64,000 bases of DNA from Patellaria atrata CBS 101060 (GCA_010093705.1 MU006097.1:1030715-1094714); one strand, 5' to 3'; shown: positions 1 to 13,500, counted from the first letter of the stretch. Made by a program: numbers and translations. The notes: generated by a model not told the origin, from the letters alone.

Positions 1-2201
1 CAGTAAGAATACGACTCATGCACGCTTCGACGGAAAGGATATGGAAAGTTCTTCGTTGATGGACATCCACGACATCGTAAAACGATACAATACGGGCGCG
101 CGCCCCTGGTCCGGTTGGTTCGGGCGGTCATGGGGATGCCACCGTAAAGATCGTCCAGGAGAGGTGCTGGCATGGAAACTGTAGCCTCACTACTACTCCA
201 GCATAGTTCCTCCTTAAAAAGCACGACAATTTACGAAACTCTTACTGGATAACTACTGATGGCTGGCTTCGTGCAGGAGAGTGAAAATCATACCACCTTT
301 TCCCGCACTCGACTCTTCCTCGGCGAGGAGGGTACCTGGAGGTCCATCTCGGATGCCTGGCGAACCCAGATTAACAAACGGCAATCGTACCGGCCCATGT
401 TTCGAGTTATTATAACGCTACGCGTGCGGAAATACCTCTAATAATGAGCTATTATTAACGGAACGTAATCCGGGTGGTCGCCTGAAGGTAGGATCATGAC
501 TTTACCGGGCTAGCTAAAGCAACCTCAATCGCAAATGTCGAATCAATATTATTCCCAATCAACCAAAAAGATGAAATTGTTTCGAGGGGACGAACTTTTC
601 GAAGCCTTTATTCTTAAGAAGTTAAAAGAAGCAACCAAGAGAGATACGGGTAAGGTAGACACGTGTGCCCCGTGCCGTGTACCGTAAAGGAAAGCGAACT
701 GTGGAGAAAAGCGGGTGCATCAACGCTATGGCCACAGGGCGGGCTGTCAAAATCTAAACAGGAATAGCTCCCCTATGTCCAACTCCGGATCAGTGAACTC
801 GCAGAGATCCGCAATCTACGGGAATCGTTATTTGTATGTTTTTTCATCATTACGGAATTCGTGCCATACAGTACGAGTGTTTCATATCCGCTTATCGTGA
901 AGGAGCGTCGACGGTGAGCATAAAGTAAAAGTTACATTGAACATTGGGTTTCCTGGATCCTGGAACCGGAATTCATTTGTGTCCGCATATGAAGCAATTC
1001 ACACAAAGTCCAGTTTGGCGTCCTTTTCTTGAGTAGATTTTCCGTAACTTACGGGTAGGAACTGACCTGGACAGTTCCTCGTCCTTTTTCCTGCATGTAT
1101 CACAATAAAGATGCCCTCAAATTCCAGCAGCCCCTAAAATATCTAAATCCTGCATAAGGTGCATAAGTCACTCTCAGGAGAACCACCCGAGCTGTTGGTT
1201 CAAGTTTAAGACCAATAATTCCCCAATTCAAAATCACCCCAATGATACGGGTAGCGAAAAGAGCCAAACGCGAGCTCTACTGGCCACCGATATCTGTAAT
1301 CTGTCAAATCCTTTTTGCTCTACAGGTTCTCCCTCAGATCATTTTGCTGACCGTGGTACTGGATATCTACCCTCCTACCGTACGACGTTTAATTAGAGAC
1401 CCTGAAGCGTGACTTATGGTCGCCACGTATTCACGACAACACGAGTTCAAAAGTTCATGCTCCGTTATAACACTTCATGCGTCCTTTCTCAACCGCAATA
1501 AGTTGGGGGAAGCGTTCTCTCTGCGCACCTAGCAGGTCTTAGAATTACAGTATGGTGTTGGAGATTAAGACACAGACTACGGTACCAAATGCAAAAATCC
1601 CACAAATCACGATGAAAACGTCCTAATCTAGGCTGCAAAGACCACTTTCTTTGCAAAGTATGTAGATAAGTGCATTTTCTTCAGAGATCGCGATCTCCCC
1701 AATTCAGTTGTAGAAGAAAATAGAAGATTTCCCGCCTTGGAAGCCTAATCTCCTTTCTTCCTCCGTACAGTAAGTTAATTCTACTGTACAGTAAGTGCCG
1801 TTCCTGTCCGCCCACACTTTTTGGGCAGAGTCAACTGCATTTAAAACCCTGAACGAAATTACCCAAACCAGATATCAGTTCTTTTCTTAGCTTTCCTTAT
1901 TCGAGAAGCGCTCTCTTGTTTCTATTACACTTCTAAGATCAGCCAACACATCTCACAACTTTCATGATTACTTTCTGCCACAAATCTTGAGTAACCCCGA
2001 GCAGGATGCGAAACAAAGAGTGGCACAATCATTAGGCACGGCTGGATTTTTCCTTTGCCACGTTGTTGGACTCTAACATGTAGACTTTACTACATCCGCT
2101 CCAGACCCGAGATCGACGTACCGGCTATTAGAATTCGATCGGAAGCTTAAACGTGTCAGGCATCAATGGTCGCACAGAACCTGCCGTGAAATGAAAGATC
2201 A

Positions 2202-2230
2202 TCTAGTTACTGTCTAGTTACTGTCTAGTT
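2202..2230. repeat. Short tandem repeat, 11-bp unit TCTAGTTACTG, ~2.6 copies
   Basis: tctagttactg tctagttactg tctagtt read directly from the sequence. Confidence 0.85.
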
Positions 2231-4580
2231 CTCTGCCCATGGAAGTACAATATTGATATGCACTGTAGCGACCCGTCCGCGAGTGGTATCACAGCAATAT
2301 CGACTTCACAGTTTCGACCATTTACCGAACCAAGGGACGAGTCCTTCCTCAGCTTTGTTATGATTTGTCCCTGCTTATGTTGTCAGCATATATTATAACC
2401 GTACCTGTCGAAGATATTCCATGTTGGATTCTGATATTCCGGCACCGTTACCAATTATTACAGCCAAATGGTTACTTAATCGACAGGTGGGATTCTGAAC
2501 AGGATGTCCGCGAATACCACTCAATTCACCTTGAACAAAAGGCTCTATCCGACTGAACTTTGAAAAGACTAGGTGCAAAACCTTCCATGCAAGGAGTGCT
2601 TTCATCATTCTTCCGCCGTCTCGTAGATTTTCCATCCTTGACGGTCCAAATATTCTCAGATATACCCCCCAGGAACGACATCGAAAGAACATTTGTCCCC
2701 CCACCCCGCTGTGTCGTCTGGATCAATTGGACAGTGATGAGTACGCCACATCGCTACTTCTAGCGGTACGACGCCAACGATATCGATCGTCTGAGAATCA
2801 TCAGATCTCATAGTGGACAGCAACGCACGAACAACAAGATCACGACGGCCTATAGAACGCGATAATAACCCCGTATTCAACTTACAGACCGAATCCATGA
2901 GTGGAATGGCGATAATTCCGTTTTAGTCTTACCATTACTATCCTATGCAAGATGTCGTTGCGTACCTTTATTATAGTGTAATGGAGGCTCATTATATGAA
3001 GCTCTTTTTTCACTTGCCACTTGGCTGAAGTATAATATTTCTCCGGAAATGACTTTGCAACAAATTATGAACGTTGGGATACTGGATTAGATTTTCCATT
3101 GTCATTCTCAAATCAGAAATTGATACAGAACCACCCATCGTCTGAAGTCGCAATCTTACCAACATAGCCTTCCCAGGAAAGTACATATGAAATATCAACA
3201 GTTGCATTCAAGTTACTCTTTCCGTTGACGTACTAATTCATCGTTACCTTGATATGAGAAGGTTACGTGGGTTTCGGAAGTTTACCTCTATGTGGAGTCT
3301 TGGACGAGAAGCTGTTAGCACTCCTTAGCATTTATTAGTAAGTGGTATTTTGTCGCAGATTGGTTTCTGATAAGTCTGTGGTAAGTTTCAACTTCGGTGC
3401 TGTTTACCAGGCAGAGATATACCCACGTACATATGAAGCGGTAGCGAGTGAAACGCCCAGCTCCCATCCTTCACACATCAGTGAGACAAATCCTTCTCTT
3501 CAACGATTCAAAATAAAACTTTGACAAATAATCCACAGTCATTAATCAATAATTTTTCCTTTGAATGTTTCCATGGTAATAAGTAAGTCCTTGTTCTTGC
3601 TTCTCGGTCTTTAATTTGTCTTTCCTGTGGGTAATGTCTAATCAAGGCAATACGATCAAACATACGTAGGGTTCAGAAGCACCCGTCCTTTCGCTCTTTT
3701 AGGCACAAACCTTTAACTCTATTGTTTTCGTACCTACGTCATCTGTACGGCGCTCTCAAAAGTTGTTACGTGACCTAAAATCTCGGTGGTAACCTAATAC
3801 ATGACAGGGGAACCATAATGGAGTGTTTGGCCCGATCCAAGCAAAGTCATTCAGATGATAAAGAGCTTGCTTCCGTTAGTAGATTACTTACACTAGAACT
3901 GAGGCTCTACGTTCATACATGAGGCACGGCATGAACTCGGCAGCACCCTACACGGATCTAAGCGAAGATGGTTCTTAAGGGTCTCGGTAAATCTGCATTT
4001 GAACGAGTTCACGCAGATTCGAACCAACATGTACAACCGCTGGGGAATGTGATTGAGTTTAACTGTCGATTTTGGTCTGGTGAGTGTACCACGGTTCGAA
4101 AGCGAAAAGACAGTCAGGAGAGCGGAGTTTGACGTAGAAAGCGGCGGACGGTCTGGTTACTATATACGCCGAACAGTGAGGAACGCAATATGCCAAACGG
4201 TAGTAAGTACTGCATGCATGGAGATCTGTGTCAGCCCGTGCCTGACAGTTTGCAGCGCGACGAACTCCTTTAGAGCTGCGCGAAAAAGCGAAGGGATTCA
4301 CAAAATCTGAGGTGATTGTCCAATTAGATGATTCTGAGGTTTGGGCCTGGGGATAGTGAGAGGAAAGGTGGTCCTGCTGTAGTTCTAAAGTGCTACGAGT
4401 TTCCTGTCATAACTTGGCTCAGATATGGTTATTATTGCGGCGATGCCCCTGGTGGCCGTACCCTAAAGGTACCTTACTGTATGATGTGCAAAATGTGTTA
4501 CCACACTACGCCGCAAACGCCAAGTAGCGGAAGGATGTGTGGGAGAAGATCGAAAGCAAGCGTACATCGAGTTTAAGGAG

Positions 4581-4606
4581 TGGGCATTGGTGGGCATTGG
4601 TGGGCA
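4581..4606. repeat. 10-bp tandem repeat TGGGCATTGG x2.6, carrying two reverse CCAAT boxes, upstream of the SREBP gene
   Basis: tgggcattgg tgggcattgg tgggca read directly. Confidence 0.8.
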
Positions 4607-5915
4607 AGATGTGGGCGTGGCAGGGTTAAAAGTTAACTACCTTAAGTTACCTCGACCTAAACCTTCCGACGTCAAAAGTGGTCTGATTTCTTCCAGCCCT
4701 CACGCATCTCCTCCTTTCAACACCCTCGCTTTCATCCTCATTCGTATTACTTTTGCTTGCCAGTTCAAGCCCAACCCGCGCTTTCACCCCTCCAGTACAC
4801 ACAGATTACATCGTCACCGTACTCCGCAGCACCGGAACACAATCGGTCCCTCGGCTTGGTCCTGCGCGCCTTCCGATTGCCCACCCAGTAGTCACCCTAC
4901 CTTTGTTGACACCTTCGTCCAAAGAAGGGAGCGCCTCATCGTCCTCTGGACCTGACTGCGCGTTCTGAACGTCTTGAATCCCTCCACTCTACCTAACCAT
5001 CGTTTGTCCGAGCATCCCCTGCTCGTCGCCGCCCTCGATCAAGCCCTCGAAGTCAGCCGTCAAGACCGAAAGCAGCATTGTCTTGCCTTTGGTGGTCGCT
5101 CCGATAGAGTAGAAGGTAGATCCAGATTATTCCCCATCGCTCCTCCCAATTTGAGTTTTTTATGTCTGAAATTTGAAAGACAAGACGGGACGAGACCAGA
5201 CACTTTCTATTACGGTAACCGTGACCCAGTCGGCTCTCAAGTCTCAAAGCTTACCTTACGGTACCCATATTCCATTATTGCCTTGCAGCGCATCTGGTGT
5301 GCGCCTGCCTGCTATGGGAGATTCGCCTGCTTAGCTCTACCCTTACTGACCCTCCCAACCTCAGGTACCTTACCCTCGCATTCCATTTCGCTCGCTATCC
5401 TATCGCCCTCCAAATTTTCCCAACCACACCTTGAGCGTTGACGCTCCATTCCATGTCATGTCTTGACTGACTCTTTTTCCCCCGCATCTTTGGTAAGACC
5501 TCATCTCTAATCTCACTATACTTCTGTACCTCAACCTCATTGTCCGATCACTTCGGCTGCTCCCATTTGTTCTTGCGCTCTAGGCGCTGTCAATCCCAGC
5601 CCCCAAAAACTTCCAGATATCTCTCCCTGTGCGCAATTATCCTGCACACAATGAGATCTAACCAAGGTCCAGGCGACCAATTGGACCTTGATAGGGTCGC
5701 CGTGAGTTGACTTTTCTTCTCGAATTCTATCTATCTATAGCAGATATCGCGGAACGGAATGGGTGATGGCGATATTCTGAAACTAAGCTTCTAACGTCGT
5801 GTTTTACGTTCAGATCGGTCCTTATTGCGTTTTCGATGACTTCAAACATCAACAAATAATATCAACCTTCAACGATCGGAAAACCGAACTTCTGTCCTTT
5901 CCACCAGATCCCGAG

Positions 5916-8900
5916 ATGGATCCGTTTGGGACTTCCCCTCAGTCCCCTTTCAACGAGGCTGGGTACCTCGACGGGAACGGAAACCAGATTCCAACAACTT
6001 CATCCTCTGACGAGGCAACAAGACAAGCAGCATGGGCAGACTGGATGCGTTGGGAGATGCCGCAGGAGCAGACTCAATATGATTTCCAGAATAATGTTTT
6101 AATTTCCGACTTTCAAGATGTACTCGACCCTTCCCAATCAAAGATCGAGTCCGACGGTATGTCTGCGAACTTCTCTACGATGCCTCCTCCCGCCAAATCA
6201 ATAGATAGCGGCTTCGAATTTGGTTCAAACGCGAATCCTCCTCCCTTTGGGTTTTCCGTCTCTGCTCCGAGCGCTGACATTTTCCCTTCACCTGGTGTTG
6301 CCATTGGTGGACTGTTCGCCTCCGGTACGTCTGATGGTATATGGTCGGCTCCTTTGAATGAAAAAGAAAAGACCGGTATGCCTAGGCCACATACTGATTT
6401 GCAAAACCGAAGAGAGTCACGTGATGTGTCGCAGGCTAGTGCTGGAAACTCCTCACCTGAGATGGAACCGTCTCAGTCAACGCCGAGCCTCCAACATTCC
6501 CCGACTTCCACTTCGGAGGGGCCGGGTGTCTCGTCTTCCGCGACATCTCCAGACGTTCCGATAGAGAGCTCAAGTAAAAAGCGGAAAGCCTCCACAGCAG
6601 AATCGGAAAAACCCACCACTCATGGTCCACGCTCGAAGAAGCTTGCACACAACGTCATTGAAAAGAGGTATCGTAATAACCTGAACGATAAATTCCAAAT
6701 GCTCCGAAATCGCGTCCCTACAATGAGAGCGATGTTACGGGGAGTAGAAATCGAAGGTAGCGATATGGAAGACCTTGAAGGCCTTGCTCCTGCGCACAAT
6801 TTCTCCAAATCGACTATCCTCACAAAAGCTATCGAATACATTGATCATCTAGAAAAGCTAGAGAAGCAGGAGAAAAAGCGAATTAACCAGGTCAGCGAGG
6901 AAAACTCCGCGTTGAAAGATGAAATCGCAACGCTTCGGGCCAGGTTAGACGCATACGAGCACAACAGTGTGCAAACTCCACTCGGTCTACATCACCCTGT
7001 GACCCCCCCGGAACACATACATTACCACGAGGATCCATTTGCCGTAGCACCACAAGGTCGTCCGGTTTCGCAGGGTATTCCTCAAGGAATGATACCTGTC
7101 CCGGAGAACATGAGGAACCTCCACCGGTCCGCTCAGCCTCAACCCCATTACGCAACTCAAAATATCTATTATCCCCGCATGCACAACCGCGTTACGCAAG
7201 GTCAGCAGATGCAACCTCGTTTAGTCCATAGTAACGGTCAGATGCTCACGGGGAGACTTGGAAAAGCCATGATCGGCGGTTTCGCCGGATTGATGTTACT
7301 CCAGGGCTTTAGGGAACGGGAAGAATCTTCTGGGCGTGCTCTATTCTCTTTCCCGACCTACGTTCTCCAGTATCTCCGTGCAATCCTATTTCCACCCGGT
7401 TCCGGTTTCGGAGTTACCGATAACTTCATCAATTTACTGAAAATTGTGCTATTTGTGGGCAGCGTCCTTTATTGCTTGGAACCCACATTCGTTTATATTC
7501 ATTACTTATATGTGATTCTATCCGATATCCCTATCGGACACGAAGGTAAACAGCGGCAGCGACCTTCACCTCCTCCCCGTGCCATCAGTGCCGCACCGTC
7601 AGTTGCTTCACCTGTCGAAATTCGCCGCAAAGCGTGGCTCACGGCAATTCAGACAGTTTGGGTTCCACGTCACAATATTTTGTTCGAACTTTCGGCGCTT
7701 GCATTGAAGATAGTAAAAATCGCCGTTCGCAATGCCATTGGATGGCGTGGTTATTCCCGTATCACTGGCATGACAGAAGAACAAGAGGCTGGTAGAATCA
7801 AGGCTTGGGAGATTGCTTTGGACGCTCAGCTTACCGGAGGTGATGAAGAGATCAGCATGAGCCGACTTCTTCTTTCATTCATGGCAAGTTGGACTTTGCC
7901 ATCAAACCCTTCCCGCTCTTTGATCAGATCATTGCAGTCCCGTATTATAGCCCGTGATTTTGCTAATGCTAAATACGGTGCTGGCTCGGTCATTGAAGTC
8001 ATCAGTATGACTGTTGCTAAATACTACTGGGAGAAGGCTGTAGAACAACGTTCAACGTTCAGAACTGATAACGCACCTTTATCGCCTCACATCGCAACAT
8101 TATTAAGTCTCGAATTTAGCGAGGTCATGGTACCGAGCGTCATCCAGCGTGCTTTTAATTTAGCGTGGAACAAGTCAAGTGCTGCTGATACGGATGCCGA
8201 TGCTGCTATGGACAATGTAGTGCTGGATTCGGCCATCTATTCACCGCTCGACGCAGTTGCTGCATGGACGTCCACGTTGTCCCTCCAGCGTATTCTCGCG
8301 CGTTACTTGGAAAACGATGTGTCATCGGATGATCAACTTGCAAAAGCTCTCCAGGTTACAATAGACGTTGCACCGCCAACTTCGCAAGCTAGAGCGCGAG
8401 CACTCGTTGCCAAGGCAATTATTGTTGACCAGCATCGAGCAATCAATGTTGCAGAAGCTTTCCATGAACTTCCATGCCATCCAACATCTCCCGTTTCTGA
8501 TTCACCTGGTCGTGTCACGTTGATCAATGCCGTCGGAAACGCACCAATTGCGAACGATATACGAGTTTCCCTTGCACTAGCAAAGTGTCTCGAGCTGCTC
8601 AGTTATGGTGTAAATCAACCAGGTGGCCCTTCTGCGTATACCCGCGCTCTAGATCTGATAAACAAAGCGTCATTATATGAGATGGACTTTAGCTGGCTTA
8701 GTTTCGCGGCAATGTACACCATGCTGGTAACTCTCGCGAGCGACAAGGTCTTCATTCAAGAGGCGGGTCACGGTCTTGAAGCGATGGCAAGCCATATGCG
8801 AACTTGGAAAGGCCTTCAGGTTGATCAAACAGAGCTGTCGTCTGAGGCGATCAAGCGTATCATCACCAAATGCACTGAAGTCAGTAAATACGTCGTTGGA

Positions 8901-8996
8901 CTCAAAGCTTCCGTAGGCAAAGGCGAGGTTGTAGAAGACGGTGTTGATGATGGTTATGCCAGTTTGGAGACGATGAGTGTCCATGCTGGTGACTGA
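5916..8996 (+). CDS. srbA: SREBP-family (SrbA/Sre1-like) membrane-bound bHLH transcription factor
   Basis: bHLH basic region HNVIEKRYRNNLNDKF carries the SREBP-diagnostic Tyr (EKRYR). Hydrophobic segments follow (AMIGGFAGLMLL; LLKIVLFVGSVLYCL), then a long C-terminal region (TAIQTVWVPRH, DAQLTGGD) typical of fungal SrbA. The ORF-track GTG start at 5799 lies in a probable 5'UTR intron (gtgagt 5702...ctaac...ttcag 5813); the first ATG is at 5916. Confidence 0.88.
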   Translation: MDPFGTSPQSPFNEAGYLDGNGNQIPTTSSSDEATRQAAWADWMRWEMPQEQTQYDFQNNVLISDFQDVLDPSQSKIESDGMSANFSTMPPPAKSIDSGFEFGSNANPPPFGFSVSAPSADIFPSPGVAIGGLFASGTSDGIWSAPLNEKEKTGMPRPHTDLQNRRESRDVSQASAGNSSPEMEPSQSTPSLQHSPTSTSEGPGVSSSATSPDVPIESSSKKRKASTAESEKPTTHGPRSKKLAHNVIEKRYRNNLNDKFQMLRNRVPTMRAMLRGVEIEGSDMEDLEGLAPAHNFSKSTILTKAIEYIDHLEKLEKQEKKRINQVSEENSALKDEIATLRARLDAYEHNSVQTPLGLHHPVTPPEHIHYHEDPFAVAPQGRPVSQGIPQGMIPVPENMRNLHRSAQPQPHYATQNIYYPRMHNRVTQGQQMQPRLVHSNGQMLTGRLGKAMIGGFAGLMLLQGFREREESSGRALFSFPTYVLQYLRAILFPPGSGFGVTDNFINLLKIVLFVGSVLYCLEPTFVYIHYLYVILSDIPIGHEGKQRQRPSPPPRAISAAPSVASPVEIRRKAWLTAIQTVWVPRHNILFELSALALKIVKIAVRNAIGWRGYSRITGMTEEQEAGRIKAWEIALDAQLTGGDEEISMSRLLLSFMASWTLPSNPSRSLIRSLQSRIIARDFANAKYGAGSVIEVISMTVAKYYWEKAVEQRSTFRTDNAPLSPHIATLLSLEFSEVMVPSVIQRAFNLAWNKSSAADTDADAAMDNVVLDSAIYSPLDAVAAWTSTLSLQRILARYLENDVSSDDQLAKALQVTIDVAPPTSQARARALVAKAIIVDQHRAINVAEAFHELPCHPTSPVSDSPGRVTLINAVGNAPIANDIRVSLALAKCLELLSYGVNQPGGPSAYTRALDLINKASLYEMDFSWLSFAAMYTMLVTLASDKVFIQEAGHGLEAMASHMRTWKGLQVDQTELSSEAIKRIITKCTEVSKYVVGLKASVGKGEVVEDGVDDGYASLETMSVHAGD

Positions 8997-10593
8997 AATC
9001 AGAGTAACGCCTCAACGAAGCTCCTTTTCCAGCGCAAGATATTAGCGCTTGCGACGACGAGTCTGCCTTTGCTGCTCGATTTTACGGCTTCCTGGTGATT
9101 ATAAGGCGTTTACGGGATATTTGGCTATCAAGGGGTGGAAAAGGGTCTAAGGCAAATCGGTGCGCGCCCAGGAGTACATTTTTCGGCATATGAATCGATA
9201 CCCATCTTCATTAACCATTTCCTACTATTCGGATCATCTCTCTCGTAGGGTGTCTCTGGACTGGATAGGTCCATCTTTCCGGTTTGAATCCTGTATGCAA
9301 TAGTCTCCCTCCTCACACACCTTTGAATTTTCTTTGTACTCTATGCTTTGTTTGTTCTGTCTCTGGGACGTACGGCTTTGCACTTGTCTTCGAGAAGCAT
9401 CATACACAACTTTACTATTGAAAATAGAGAATAACGAAAGTCATGGCCATGGTGATGAGCTGGCGGGCTTATTTGGCTTTTCGATTTATATGTATCTATC
9501 TAAACATATCTTACAGAGCGATATATTGATGACGGGTGTGAAGTCAATCTCTAGATAATTGTCATATACCTTTGAAAAACTGTACTAAAAATGTATCTAG
9601 GCTTCTCTGTGGAGAGGGTTACAGCTAACCGGTCTGTCACAGGTAGAAGTACGAACTTCCTAAAAATATTAACTTAACTGATAGGAGACGAACTAAGCGT
9701 TTGATGCACTGGACGCGTAGATTTACGGTACTACGTTACCCGGTGCGGAGGTGGCTTTTGACAGGTGCAGCCCCTTAACAGTAGGTCGGGTGCATTCATG
9801 ATGGCTGAAGTGGTGTGTAGATCTGGATTTCTATTTGGTGTATAAAAAGTTGATTAAATGTGAAGGTACAGGTATCCCATATAAATTTTCGATATTGGTT
9901 TGTTAGGTATGAGAGCGAAGGTTCTGAAACATTTGATGTGACGACCCATAGAGACGGTCGAGTTAGTGTTTTGTCGATATAACAGATGGTTGTTAAGGTA
10001 AAAGATAGATTGTTGTTGCTTTTCCAGATACGTTATCCAGTACAGTCCCAGGGTACATGGATACGGAGTAGACTGACATGAATCGTTGCCCCCCCCCCTG
10101 CGGGCATTTTGCCTCGCGGTGGTCACAGTAACGGGCCAAAGGCCGGGTGCGTGAGCCACAGTAGCCAAACAAGCCCAAGACCAACGTTTTTTGGTGCCTT
10201 TTGACTGTTTTCGTGCCTCCATCTTAACCTCACACTATCCATACAATTTTTGAACGACCTCTAACTCTCCATTACTTCTTTTCCGCCTCCGTTGAACACT
10301 ATACAGCTCGATAGCTCACCGCTCCACATTCGTCCGCTGCTACTTTGATTAAGGTGCTTGCTCTCGCCTGCTCGGTAGATTCAAATACACACTGGACGGA
10401 AATGCAACCTTCCCCCCTTTAGCCAACCTCCAACGAGGAGCTGAGGGCGTAATAAACTCGTGGATCTTTATTTCTTCATGTTAGAGTGGATGGAAGGAAA
10501 TTCCTTGGACAATTGACTCTCGTATTGCTCTAACAGGCCGTTCTCTTCTATCCGCTCCCCACCCCTCGAATGCATTGCTAGCCACCATCACGG

Positions 10594-13500
10594 ATGGCTC
10601 AGGCTGCACAGTTACGGAGCATGGAAACCTCGTTACCTGTTCCACGGATAGATGCTACAGAGGACTCTGGGGCCTCAGGAGGTCTGCATATCTCTTTCCT
10701 GCTATGAGTTCTGTGTCGCAGTCGCAGAATTCAGCTTGAGAACATTGGCTAAAGTATAGTCTGCAGCAGAAAATCGACCCCGACGAAAGTATCAGAGGAC
10801 GGTATCTGAGAATGAAAATATATCCAAAAAGAACATTACAACAAAAAATGTGGTTAAGCCTCCAGGTGATGCTTCATCGGGTTTCGCAGCGCGGCGGAGG
10901 TCCACCGTGAGAGAGCATAAAGCACCTTTAGGGCCGCGCCCGCTTGATCATTCACCCTCCAGAAGGTTCGTCATAATAGTTAATGGACGCGTTGAGAGTC
11001 TCACCTATTGTTAGGAACTTTAGTGACGCTTCTGCTTCTAATACTAGTCGATCATTCCTTCCCCCCTCGTCCAGCGGATCACATTTCGCAAACGACCCAA
11101 AGCCAAGTAATCCCCGATTTAGCTTTGGTCAATCCACAGAAACTTCCAAAGAAGACAACCATGATAGTACCGGATCCTTCGATTTCCTTCCCTCCGTTAA
11201 TTTCGATGATTTTCATTCTAGCCTTATATCGTACGAGGCTACTTTAAGCGACTTCCCAGCACCTGGGGGCGGTGGTCTGCTTGCGAAAGATAAAGTGATG
11301 AAGAGCAATTTAGGAAGGCCCGCTGGAGCAGGAACAAGTAATGGAGAACCAGAGGGCCGTCTTCTACGGAGCCAGTCACTCTCCCGCCGCTCGAGCAATG
11401 CAAGACACCCTTCATCCCAGGGTCCTGTCGGGAATGCCACCAGTATGGCACCCCCTACAGCGTCAATCTCGGCTCGAACACGACGTCAAACACAAGCTCC
11501 TGCTCCTACAGCTAGTAACACAAGTCGCGCGCCACGGAAATCTGTCGGACCGGGTCTGATCACAGCTGATCTGGAATCACGAACGAGCAGACCTGACACC
11601 GGATCTGCTACTACCAGTTTACCACAAGGCTCCCTGACGCGTACCACATCCAATCGACGAGCGACGCTAGCATCCAATCTGAGTGCTGGAGCTGTGGACC
11701 TACCAAGATTGTCAACAACTGCTCGTAATGCGAAGGCGAAGTCTTTTCATCAACCTTCAATTAAACAACAGTCCCATTTGACCCCCACTTCCATGACACC
11801 GGACCATAACATGTTATCAATGGGAAATGCTAGATCGCCGGGTAAATCTCCTGCTCCACGGAACGCTACTCCATCTTCATCCGCGAGTAGGAGACAATCA
11901 GTGATGCATCCCCACGTTAGTGGTCTTGGAGCACGAACAATCAGCCCAACAGATGCGAGGCGATTGAAACGCATGTCCTTAGCTCCCAGTGTCCCAGCTG
12001 TTCCCAGAACCCCGCCGACGCCCCAACACGAAACAGCACCGGATAGCAGACCCGCTAGTAGATCGCCAGCGCTGAATCTTAGAAAAACATCGACGCCTTC
12101 CTCCGCTCGAGGCACACCGGATGTGAATCGTAAATCCTTAAACTCTGGCCTCTCGTTGTCTTCTGGATCAAGTTTTCAATCTCTTCGTACAAGCAATGGT
12201 TCTCTTCAGCCCCGTTTATCCCAAAATCTGTCTAGCTCCAGGTTACCGACCCCAAAACCTCGAAATGTACATAGTTCTATTGGAGGAGAGGTGGACGAGG
12301 TTCCCCCAGTTCCCGCCATACCTAAAGCGTATGAGTCCCCGAAAGATACTTCGGACACCCCTTTTTTCTCTACCCGAACCCCTGTGACCCAGCAACAGGA
12401 TGACAGCGCTTGGAGCACTTCGATGTTCGAGAGTAGTACCATCTCCAAAATGCCGCCAAGTGGGGGTTCCATATCAGTCGGCACGGCGATAACGGATCCG
12501 AAAGTCTCGAAAGGAAATGGCCGGCATAGACGTGGATTAACCGTTGGGACAGGATCTGACGCAGAGAAACCCCAAACTTTACAAAGCACTAATAGAAAAA
12601 CACTTCAGCCCCTCAGACTTCCCCCGTTGAATTTGTTGCCTCTTAGCACTCCTACAGCTGCTCGTATTGCGTCATTTCCAGCGCCTTCTGGCGAAGTTGA
12701 TGCCCGAAGTTCGACCCCTCCGCCAAAGCGGAGTTACACGAAAACGCCTAGTACACCCATGACTGCTTCGAAAGCGACCTTCTTCTCTAAGAGCCAACAT
12801 GACGATGTGGACAACTTCACCATGCCACAACTGCGCAGTAGCAGTTCCCATTATCATTTACGAGGCGATAAATCATCATTCCAGTCATCAGGAGCGAATA
12901 TGCCAATGAGAGTCAATGGCGCGGGTAGCCGTAACGCAACGACTCCGTTTGCTTCTTCATCTTTGCCGAAGAACAGTGGAGACTTCAGTCATTTCAAGTC
13001 TAGGCCTAGTGGTGAGTACAAGTTAGGTGACACTGATACTGAGCCACGGAATATCAAGTTGGCCGGACCACGACCTCAAGTAGTTTCCAAGAAAGAGAGC
13101 TCCTCTATTCAAGCCTCGGCCTCAACCGAGACTGAAACGCCTTCCTCGGGCACATCTTTACGTCGGAAACTAAGTATTGGCTGGAAACGGAGTTCGTCAA
13201 AGGCTTCACATCAACACCCTACTGAAGAGCCCCCACCGCAGCCACCCAAGCATAATGGAATGCCACCTCCAAGATTGCCCGCATCCGCTACGTGGAGTGG
13301 ACCAATCTCCAGCAGTCCTAGTCCATCTGTTAAATCAAGACCTTCCCTTGACAATAGACATAGAAAACCATCGGTTGTCGCCCTTGCGAGTGATACCGAA
13401 GCGGAAAAACATGCGCAAAGAAATAAGGGTAATACGGACAGCCAACTACCCCCGTCATACTCGGAACACGGCTCGGGGCCGGCTAAGTCCAGCTCGTCTA

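Noticed and set aside
1233..1242. SRE-like ATCACCCCAA far upstream of SREBP
   Set aside because: Imperfect single match ~4.7 kb from the ATG; expected by chance.
2365..2900. Short ORFs as a possible HNH or other gene relic
   Set aside because: Only vague resemblance, with no diagnostic motif.
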